Shown in pieces: positions 35,470 through 45,636 of a stretch of 48,202 bases of DNA. This stretch comes from Ginkgo biloba (lineage: Eukaryota > Plantae > Ginkgophyta). Position numbers and translations under genes: made by a program. The stretch is taken from the NCBI GenBank assembly GCA_024626585.2, contig JANKJI020000002.1, forward strand, positions 175,750,246 through 175,798,447, in the 5' to 3' direction. Each line of letters opens with the position of its first letter. Positions within the stretch are counted from its first letter, which is position 1. Under the pieces are notes generated by a model. That model did not search any database. It had not been told where the DNA came from and saw only the letters and a program-made list of their open reading frames with translations.

Positions 35470-37020
35470 ATAGGCATGCACGCGCGTGCACACACATATT
35501 ATGTTTAATATATTTAATATAGTATATAATACTAAACATTAGTATATAATTTACTTAATGTATATTAAAATTATATTTAATTTATTTAAATTATTAAATG
35601 TATGCTAAATATTACATCTTAGTTATTGTTGTTATACCTTAAATGTTTAATAATATAAATGGAAGTCATATAAAAAAAAAAAAAGCTATTTAAATGGTAG
35701 TTGGAACTGATGGCAATTAATTGCAACACTCATTCTTCCCCAATAAATTCTTACATTATAACTATATGCACACAAATATTAAAGGTTAATAATATGTAGG
35801 AAAAATATTTGTAAAACATTAAAAAATAATACTTACAATGGTTTTTGTTCTCATTGTCAAGGGAGTGATCCTTAGTCCTTATGTCATGACATAGATAAAT
35901 TTAAAATTAATATTAATATAAATATTATACCTAATCACAATATATAGATCACATGAATGTGTCCTATATCTAATTAATATAATACATTCATTCACATAAT
36001 TATAAATTATTTTCCTAAAATAAACATCTTGACTTACATATATAATTAAGGAAAGGTTTATAAATACAATCTAACATCAAGTCAAGGAAAACANNNNNNN
36101 NNNNNNNNNNNNNNNNNNNNNNNNNNNNNNNNNNNNNNNNNNNNNNNNNNNNNNNNNNNNNNNNNNNNNNNNNNNNNNNNNNNNNNNNNNNNNNNNNNNN
36201 NNNNNNNNNNNNNNNNNNNNNNNNNNNNNNNNNNNNNNNNNNNNNNNNNNNNNNNNNNNNNNNNNNNNNNNNNNNNNNNNNNNNNNNNNNNNNNNNNNNN
36301 NNNNNNNTTGTGAAAAATGCTCAAAATATAGCAATTGAGGTGTAAATTTCCCATAAAGTTTTTCGTGCATCAAATAGAACTTTTATTTCCTTATGCCTAA
36401 CTACATGTAGAAAAGCTATTAATTAATACTAATAAAATAATGAGGTCTATTATCTTCTCCATTTTACTTGAACATTTTGTGAGAAAACATATTACTTTGT
36501 CATGTTAGCAAATATATATTTATTTTGTAAGCATTTTGCCCTTTTTTCAATTTTAGTTGTAAGTAGTCTATAATCTTTTGCCTTCTCCCTTAATTATTTT
36601 CTATGATTAGTCTTGTATTTTCTACATATAACTTCTCCCTTTATTTCATCTTCAATCATTATGCCAATTCTTTTAAACTTGTAGTAAGGTGGTAAATATG
36701 TTAATTTGATGTATTAATTCTTTTCAATACAATTAACAAAGAAAATAGCCATCGTGTGGATCTTATTAGGAGCCTTGCAATTCCTTTAATCTAAAATTGA
36801 ATAATTTTATTGTGTGATTATCATCTTTTGATTCCATAGTATTTTAAAGACTATGCATTGTGAATATAAGAGATTGCATACTCATTGGTGATTATATTGA
36901 AAACATTACTGCCTTGAAATTGTGAATGACTATATTTGTTTTTATCTTATCTTAAGCACATATAATGCTAGTTGAAGGATTAAAAGCATGATGAATCATA
37001 AACTAAGGAAGTGCTAAGAG

Positions 37021-37201
37021 ACCTTACTACTCAAATAACAATATAAATTCTAGAGCTAATATATGCACCAAATCCCAACTTTTGGAAGGGATGCATTTAT
37101 TAGATAAAACATTGGTGCAGGCTTGCCCATTACTTTAGTAATTCATGATAACTTGATTGATCTTGTGCAGACAGTGCTTCATTAAAATTTCTATCCTATC
37201 A
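37021..37201 (+). pseudogene. Decayed 18S rRNA gene fragment (5' domain)
   Basis: Matches conserved plant 18S sequence recalled from memory: ACTACTC..ATAAC...AATTCTAGAGCTAATA..TGCACCAAATCCC.ACTTTTGGAAGGGATGCATTTATTAGATAAAA...ATTCATGATAACT...GCTTCATT.AAATTTCT..CCTATCA. CpGs are converted to TG/CA and there is a small deletion. Confidence 0.88.
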
Positions 37202-37350
37202 TGTGTGTGTGTGTGTGTATGTACACATATTTATATATACACATATACATACATGCATGCATTCTCTCGCTCTCTTACCACCCCCCCCACCCCCCCCGCC
37301 ACACACACACACACGTATGTATGTATGTGCACGCATATATAAATACATAT
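37202..37350. repeat. Compound (TG)n/(TA)n/C-run/(CA)n simple repeat
   Basis: Direct reading. It abuts the 18S fragment. Confidence 0.85.
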
Positions 37351-37779
37351 CTATACTATTATATTAAAAAAAGGAATTAATTAATGACTCTCCATGACAT
37401 TCAACCACAACTCAATATCATTTTTAATTTTATTAGATGCATCTATAACTTTGCTACTTTATTTTATTAGATGCGTATCTTTCTTAAATGTGAGGTTGGG
37501 TTTGATACATGATCCACTAGAAATCATTATAAATATGGATGAGTTCTTCTTCCTTCCTCAACAAGCTCCTTGCCATTCGTTTTCTCCTTACATTTACATC
37601 TACCTATACACTCCTTGTATTGCTTGAACTGGTATTTTTATCTATAATGCTACATCAACATTATATTCATATATTATACGTTGGAATAATACCTAAAGGT
37701 AGTGTAACATTATAATAGTTTTCTTTTTGAAGGTTCCATGATGAGTATTATTTTCGATATTTTTTTATATTAAATTTTA

Positions 37780-37995
37780 ACCCAAGGACTGTTACAATGA
37801 ATGTTCTAGGGACTATTATAGCACAACAACTATAGACTATTACGAGGACATAACAGGTCTTAGGTATATTGAGTTAACAAACAAGCCTTGGGTCTATTGT
37901 ATTGATGCAACAAGCCTTTGCTGATTGTTGCATTATTGTAATAGGTCTTGGGGACTATTGTGGTAATGCAATAGGCCTTGAGTCTATTGCATTTG
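37780..37995 (+). repeat. Degenerate ~30-bp tandem repeat immediately upstream of a retroelement PPT
   Basis: AAYARGYCTTRGG.CTATTG-type units at 37852, 37880, 37909, 37940 and 37970 (periods 28-31), with more decayed units upstream. Confidence 0.7.
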
Positions 37996-38057
37996 TTGAT
38001 GTCATGACTAGGAGGGGGCTAGCATGTGGTTCCATGGGTCTAGCTCAATTGAGGGGA

Positions 38058-38947
38058 TATGAACATGAGTAGTCCTAGGGAGGATTATATTTAGTAATAC
38101 TATGAGAGGATTATTCATATTTTTTTATTTTTGTTATGAGAGTTTTTCTATTTATAGTTTTCTCTTACTTTAGCATACCACTATATTTGAATCCTTGCAT
38201 GGATACCAATTCAGGATAGAAGGTGTGCATATATGTGTTTCTATTCTCAAACATGCCTAAGTTAGTATGCATGCATGCATAGGCTAATGGGAGTGTACAT
38301 CAACACATTTTCTTAAATTGAGCCTATGCTACTATGTTTATACTATGACTTTTGCATAAAAGAAACCATGGTCTTGTATTCTTATATCTTTACATATTTG
38401 TACTCTTGCACACTTTGTAATTGAGAGCTTCTTCTTCTTTTTCCAATCTCTTATGTTCATGAGATCTTGCATATATTCCTTTGTTAGTTAGAATTTTTCT
38501 TGCATGCATGAATCTTTATGAACTTGGAATCTTACTACAAGATTTCGTATAAGTGTTGTGGTAGGTTCGTAAGTACTAATAAAACATTGTCTTGGGTCAC
38601 GTGTAAAATCGATACATATAGAGAATCTTTGAGTGTGGGTTTCAATATTCAAGAAAAGCTATAGTGGTGCTTTAGGAGAAAGTGTAACATATTTAAGAAA
38701 ACTTGCGTCACTTATGGGAAGTGCCACACCTTTTTCCCAAAGTTGTATAGACTTAGTTTTTATAGAGGAACTTGTTGCAAACAGGGACAAAGTTGTAGTA
38801 TTCATATACAAAAGTTATTACAATAGAAGTTATATATAAGAAATAGAGATGAAGATATGATTACCCCTTAGTTAATGATCAACACTTCTGCATCTTAAAA
38901 TTTTACTTTGATCTTCAACCATTGAATACATGATTTGGTTTTAGAGC
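38058..38947 (+). mobile_element. Putative LTR (~38058-38933) followed by a tRNA-iMet-type PBS
   Basis: Preceded by the family 3' motif GGAGGGGGCTAG..GGTTCCATGGG..GCTCAATTGAGGGGA (38010-38057). TGGTTTTAGAGC at 38936-38947 matches TGGTATCAGAGC at 10/12 positions. Only patchy similarity to the other LTR copies. Confidence 0.55.
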
Positions 38948-39049
38948 ATAGATACCTTAAGCTAGGTAAGAAAATCAATTTTATTTTTCTTCTTCCAATT
39001 GAAAACTCTTTGCTTCTTTTATGTAGTATCCACTATATCAATATTTAGG

Positions 39050-40354
39050 ACTACAGATGGAGAGAAAGTATAGGGGAAGAAAGAAAGGAGGAACTTCCAC
39101 TAGTACTTAATCCAATCATTATTTGGTTGAAAATAGAAGATGCAAAAAGGGATCAATTGAGCAACTTAGAGGATTTTCTAGAGGGAACTCTAGAGGATCG
39201 GAAGGATGATATTCATAATATGGTTCAAAGAATTAGATGGGAGAAGAAAGAGAGCTAGAGAGCCATAGAAGGGTTACTTTCTTTGATGCACCAGGTGCCA
39301 ACTCAGTTGTCAACTTTGAGTGCTTCATCACCTTTGGTGGTCCCACCACCTTTATCTTTAATTCCTAGTATACCCCAACATGTTGTTTCTCCTATCATAG
39401 GTCCACAAACACAAATATCTATTTGGCTAAATCCATTCTAGGTTGAGTTAAGAGTAGATATAATAGAAAGATGGATGTAGAATCATTAGAACATGGTTGA
39501 AATAATTTTAAGTGTATTGATCATGCCAGGCATATACAAATGAACAACGAATCACATTTTCCATTTGAAGATGGCAAGACAGACTCTCCTTTGGTGGCAA
39601 TCTTTTTACAAGTCTAGGAAGAAAGTAGGGCAACCACATATTTCTTCTTAGGGAGATTTCATGAAGGAAGTGAAAAATAATTTCTATCATCTCAGATCGA
39701 GGATGAACTCTTTCTCAAATAGCACCATCTACAACAAAAGGTAGGATAGAGTTTGGAGGATTATTATGAGAAATAATGAGACTTTTCTATTCGGTTGGAC
39801 ATAGAAAAACCAATTGACAAGATTATCCTCAAATTTGTAAGTGGACTTCATAATCATTTGAGGAATGAGGTCTAGTTGTTCCCACTTCACACCATTTAGG
39901 AAGCATATTGTTTTCTTCCAAGATTGAGACTAGAAGGAAGGCTTCAAAGGGAAAGTCCAATAAGAAGACTTCCCCTAACTCTACTACATCATCTACTTTG
40001 TTGAGTTCTTCTTCTACTACTCCTAGCAGTAGAGGAAAGAGAAAGAGAGGATCTAAGGGGAAGGAAGAAGACAGGTTATGACAGGTCAAATATATATGGA
40101 CATTGTGGTAAATAGGGACATGAAGAAGACCATTGTTATAAGCATCTTCCATAAAAGGCACCAAGATCACCATATCAACATAAGTATGGGAAGAGGAAGA
40201 TACCAGAAGTTGTTATTACTTTAGATGACCTAATTCTATTGATTAGCCTTGTCAATATAAAAGATAAGAGTAATGATTGGGAGAGTCTATTCACATTGAT
40301 GTTGGAGGTTAAGGATAAGGTGGTATCATCTATTCTTAACATTGGAAGTGAAAA
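39050..40354 (+). mobile_element. Gypsy-type gag + start of protease, copy A (degenerate; ends at gap)
   Basis: Collinear with copy B over ~1.25 kb. Gag-like LKMARQTLLWWQSF, Ser/Thr-rich linker, decayed knuckle (GHCGK*GHEEDHC) and the protease start VVSSILNIGSE. Confidence 0.8.
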
Positions 40355-40454
40355 NNNNNNNNNNNNNNNNNNNNNNNNNNNNNNNNNNNNNNNNNNNNNN
40401 NNNNNNNNNNNNNNNNNNNNNNNNNNNNNNNNNNNNNNNNNNNNNNNNNNNNNN

Positions 40455-42189
40455 CACCATCAGTTAATCCATTTATTATCTAGTCAAAAATAGAAGAGAC
40501 AAATAAGGATTAGCTGGGCAATATGGGGATTTTCTAAAGGGAACTCTTAAATATTAGGTGGATGAGATACATATTATAGTTTGAAGGATGATATAAGAGC
40601 ATAAGGAGATCCATAAATCCATGAAGAAGAGTCATGAGGCAATAGGATGTTTACTTTCTCTCATGCAACAAATGCAGACTTAGTTGGTAACTTTGAGTAC
40701 TTCATATTCTTTGGTGGTTCCATCACCCATGGTAAATGCGTCTATACTTCCTCCTTTATCTTTAGTTCCTAGTATACCCTAACATGTTCTTTCTTTTTCC
40801 ATAGGTCCATAAACACAATTAACTACTAGATACAATCCATTTTAGGTTTAGTTAAGAGTAGAGATTAAGGTGTTCAATGAAAATATGGATGTAAGTCCTT
40901 AAAAATATGGTTGCATACACTAGAGGTGTACTTATCACATCAAGAAAATATCTAGATGAGTAGAGGATCATATTTGTAAGATTGAAGATGGCAAGAAAGG
41001 CTCTTCTATGGTGGAAACCTTTTTGTAGGTCTTAGGAGCAAACGAGTCAAGCACAAATTTATTCTTAGGTGGACTTCAAGAAGGAACTAACAAAAAACTT
41101 TTATCCTCTTAGTTATGAGAATAAACTCTGTCTCAAATGCAATCATCTTCAACAAAAGTTAGGGTAGAATTTAGAGGGATACTATGAGAAAGATAGGGAC
41201 TTGTCTGTTCGGTTAGACATCAAAGAACCAATATATAAGATGGTGCTCAAATTTGTAGGTAGGATTCATAATCACTTTCAGAGGTAGAGTTGCTTCCACT
41301 TCACTCTATTCAGGAGGCATACAGGTTTTCTTCTAAGATTGAGTCCATAAGGAAGGATTTAAAAGGAAAGACCAAGAAGAAGGCTTCTCTTAATTCTACT
41401 ACATCATCTACTTCATTTAGTTCTTCTACTTCCTCTACCACTTCTTCTAAAAGTAAAGGTAGGAGGAAGAGAGATTTTGATAAGAAGAAGATAGGTTTCA
41501 TGAAGAAGCCAGGTTAGGATAGGTCAAAGAGATGTGGATACTATGGTAAACAAGGACATGATGATGACCATATTTATAAGAGTCATCTAAAAGCGGCACC
41601 AATATCAATGCATTAGTAGAAGCATAGAAGGAAGATAAAAATACTAGAAGTTGCCATAACTTCAAATGAGCTATATATTTCAATTGGCCTTGGCAATACA
41701 AAAGACAAGAGAAAGGATTGGGAGAACCTATTCACATTGATGCTATAGGTTAAGGATAAAATAGTGCTAGCTATTCTTAATAGTGGTAGTGAGAAGAACT
41801 TAGTTTCAACTACTTGGTTAAGGATTTGGGGTTGGAGCTTGAGGAGCACCCTAACCCTTATGAGATTAGTGGCCGAAATAGAGATGCGAGTGATTGAGTG
41901 TTCCATTAGTGTCATTTTTTGTTTGCAATTACTAAGGAGTATATTAATGAGGTTACGTGTGATGTAGTGCCTATGGATTGCATGAGTGTGTTATTTGAAA
42001 AACCCTTTATGATTGACAAGAAAGCCAAGATTATTCTTTATTTAGGAAAGTGTGAGTTGATGAAGGAAGGAGAGTCTTTCATTCTTAGATCCATTCAAGT
42101 TCCTAAATCTATCATTTTGGCCTCTAATGTGCCATCCTATTAGGAGGGGGCTAGTACATGGTCCCACGGGTTAAGCTCATTGAGGGGGC
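40455..42189 (+). mobile_element. Gypsy-type gag + protease, copy B, followed directly by PPT (no RT/RNaseH/integrase)
   Basis: LKMARKALLWWKPF...DFKKELTKNFYPLSYE (Retrotrans_gag-like), STTSSTSFSSSTSSTTSSK linker, RCGYYGKQGHDDDH knuckle remnant, AILNSGSEKNLVST (DSG site decayed), YINEVTCDVVPMDCMSVLFEKPF. Stop at 42143, then purine tracts GGAGGGGG and TGAGGGGGC up to 42189. Confidence 0.85.
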
Positions 42190-43009
42190 TGTGACCAAAG
42201 GGGACTCATGGAGAGTTTTTTACCTTATGGTTTTCTCTCTATAGCTCATCTCTCATCTCTCTTTCACTTTAACTAACTATGGGTTAATTAGTAGTTCTTA
42301 CATTAGTTAATTATGGGATTAATATGTGTAAAGGATTGTTACTAATATTGACATGACCTTTGCATGATATTGGCTAAAGGAATATGTGGTTAATGTTGAC
42401 ATGACCTTTGCATGCGATTGGCTAAAGGAATGAGAGGTTGTAAAAAGATTGCATGCAATATTTTCCCTTATTCTTTGCCCTAAGGTTTACTATTTTAGGA
42501 AAGGTATCTTTCATATAAAGGAGCCTTTGTTATATTCTATGACACTTTTATCAATTGTAATCTTCAGAGTTCATGAATAGAGAGAAGAGTTGTTCTTGTG
42601 TCCAATATTTCTTGTGAATGCGTATGCTTTGATTATAATTATGATCTTTGAGGTTGATGTTGATAGATTGGATATTTAAATCTCTTTGAAGGCATAGAAT
42701 AACACATAGAAATATTTATAGGTTGTCATGATAGCATTGCAGGGCAAGTACATGTTAGGTGTTGGGCTTCGCGTAGGTGATACATCATTTCAGAAGAGGA
42801 TTTTCTCATTATCAAGTTTTTTTTCGTACCATTTTTATGCACCGTAAAATTATGATATTGTGCTTGTGTAGGCCCCCAGAGCGCATGCTGACATGGTGTT
42901 CAATAAAGTTCACACATAAATACGATATATAATTTTCTTAAAAATTATGCATAGTGCCCAGGGGGGTCACTTAGTTATAAAATCTCAAAACACGTGCGTG
43001 ATAGTCATA
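42190..43009 (+). mobile_element. 3' LTR of copy B (~820 bp) with an internal 48-bp duplication
   Basis: Starts TGTGAC immediately after the PPT and ends GTCATA (43004-09). Homologous to 1-726. The 48-bp direct repeat is at 42343/42391 and a TATA-like CATATAAAG lies near 42512. Confidence 0.72.
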
Positions 43010-43421
43010 ATAAATNNNNNNNNNNNNNNNNNNNNNNNNNNNNNNNNNNNNNNNNNNNNNNNNNNNNNNNNNNNNNNNNNNNNNNNNNNNNNNNNNNNNN
43101 NNNNNNNNNNNNNNNTTCAAGGAAATAGTGTGCTAATTTTTTTTTACAAACAAACAACTTGTGGTCATAGTCATTAGAGGAAGTAGAAGTGGCATCATTC
43201 TCAACCACATTGCCTCTTTATCTTGTGAATTTTGGGTCGAATAATATGCCTCCCACCATCCTCAGATCTTATATTCCACATCCCTATGTGTCTAACTCTA
43301 GCATTATGACAATCTAAAAAATTATATACACCTACACATCACCAACACAAAACCCCCCACAAAAAAAAAGTTTTCTGTATCAAATTCATCTACTTGCTAT
43401 CAATAGGTCTTAGGTTTAGTT

Positions 43422-44370
43422 CTTCACCTGTTCCATCAATGCAAAGCTTACTTGCATTGTGGATTGAGAAACTATGTCGATCATGTTGTACATTGATTAC
43501 GTACTGGCATCCCACACACATGCATCCATCTTATTCCAACACCAATTGAATATCTTATAAGCTCCACCTAATTTAAATGTTTCCACCATTAAATTTCATA
43601 AATAAAAGAAGAGTTTCATGTCAATATTAACTACAATTCCTTGACAGTAAGTGTGTTACAAAAAATAATAGTGTTTACTTAGTTAGTTTCTGCTCACACG
43701 CTGTAGTGCTAGTTTGAGAATAATCCTGACCTTGGTGATTATCCTAAACTGTCCTAAACCACCAAGAATTGAATGAAATAGATCCTCATTTTGGTCTCAT
43801 GAGTAAGTTAATACTTCACCTTTTCTTGTAATTGCACAAAAAAAAAAAAATTAAATTATTCATTACCATACGATCTTCTTGGACAGGATTAAATCCATCT
43901 ATCCAAAATAGATACCAAAATAAAAAATAATAAAAAGTATATCAAACACATAAAATTTTAATTAGTGTAATGAATAACCTATAACTACTTCGAGCTGGTG
44001 CACGTTGCTAATCTAGGGGCCATGCTGAAAGGCTTGGCCAGTAATTCCAACATTAGAGAGCATTCCACCAATAATGAGATAGAAATAATCATCCCAGGAC
44101 CCTTGACCCAGGCTTTCCTTAAGCATTGCATGCAATACGCCAATTTAGATATCTCCTCTACTTACATCCACATATGGAGCCAAAGATTTATGAGTGTGAA
44201 TTCCCTTCAATGATCCCATCTCTATGGTAACTCCATTATGAGCTTGGGCTTGGCCATGTATTGAATGGGTGTGTCCTTTTGTAACAATAGTCATGGGACT
44301 ACCCAAACTGACGTATAAAGTGATTTCACCAATTTCACCAAATATCTTATAGAAGCATGATATAATCCTA
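43422..44370 (-). pseudogene. CKX: Cytokinin oxidase/dehydrogenase (CKX) pseudogene fragment: 3' part of exon 1, intron, exon 2, intron, possibly the first codons of exon 3
   Basis: Exon ~44370-43979: MTIVTKGHTHSIHGQAQAHNGVTIEMGSL...[65 protein letters not shown]|GT. A 128-bp exon at 43825-43698: KGEVLTYS*DQNEDLFHSILGGLGQFRIITKVRIILKLALQR|GTGAG. CAG|GTG AAG (VK) at 43427. Stops at 44145, 44013 and 43797. The intron-1 acceptor has decayed to AA. Confidence 0.92.
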
Positions 44371-44586
44371 TATATTTGCATTTTTCATATAAAAATGGTT
44401 TTCTCTCTAATGGTTGTTTATGCAAAAAAAATAAATATAATACATTGATTAATTGCACATGAACAGAAAAAAGGATTGAGTGAGAANNNNNNNNNNNNNN
44501 NNNNNNNNNNNNNNNNNNNNNNNNNNNNNNNNNNNNNNNNNNNNNNNNNNNNNNNNNNNNNNNNNNNNNNNNNNNNNNNNNNNNNN

Positions 44587-45636
44587 TTCAAATGCATCTA
44601 ACATAGCTACAAATCTAACTTAGAAACTATAGCCAATATGATCTAAACTATTTTCATCTCACCACTACAGAAAATATCTTGTGGTATTCAATTCCCTATT
44701 TCTTCTTATATCCATTTATAATAAGTCAATCTTTGTCTTGATCAATTGAGACATCTACTTTGTACTTTATGTTATAGGCCCATCTACATCCAAGTGCTTA
44801 TTTTCCAATAAGCAATTCAACCAAGTCCCAAGTTCTATTTTTTTACACTAGCTGGATTTCAGCATCCATTACAGCATTCTATTTTTTCTCTTTACCTTCC
44901 TCTTTAAAAGTGGAAGGTAAATCAAAACTCAATAAAGGTGCCATAAGAGAAAAAGTGACCTCTTTAATATGTCCCATCTTAGATTTTTTCTTACCTTTTA
45001 TTCTTAGCAACTTTCCCTATGTATCCTTCATGCTTAATATGTACAATTTTGGAAAGAGTTTTGGTGGTACAAGAATAAAGTATGGTTATGATAATGTAAA
45101 AGTCACATCAGGCTATGCCTCCTCAAATTAGAATCTCTTGTATTTCACTTTTTTATTATCACCAGCAATATTGATTACCACTATCAATTCTACAGGATCA
45201 TAAACTTCCCTCAAAGAACTACATTTTAATTATTTCTCAATAATTTGCCTATCTTTTGAATCTATATCCTTAAAACCTTCATTAAAGATGGCATCCCAAG
45301 TCACATACACCTTTCTATTCTATAACTGGACCACAAGATAAGCTTTATTTTCCTCTAGATATCCCACCAAGACACACTTGGAACTTTTTTTATCAAACTT
45401 CTATTATTTTTCCTTTAGCATATGCATGTACATAGTACACCCAAAAATATTTAGATGGCTCACTAGAGGATTATTTCTTGCCCAAGCCTCCTTGGGGGTT
45501 TTATCCAAAACTTCCTTTGCCATACTTATGTTTGTCATATAAGTTACTACACATATAACTCCTTCTAAGAGATAGTTTACTATATTCTTTCCTTTCATAA
45601 TAAACTTGGATTTTTCCACCAAAGTCCTATTAATAN
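44587..45636 (-). mobile_element. Degenerate Ty1/copia integrase C-terminus to RT N-terminus (between gaps)
   Basis: Minus strand: KTPKEAWARNNPLVSHLNIFGCTMYMHM, KFDKKSSKCVLVGYLEENKAY, MDAEIQLV*KNRTWDLVEL, ALGCRWAY. Confidence 0.88.

Noticed and set aside
42781-42787. ACATCA as the end of the copy B LTR
   Set aside because: Homology with the 1-726 copy continues about 140 bp beyond it, so the LTR end was placed at GTCATA (43009).
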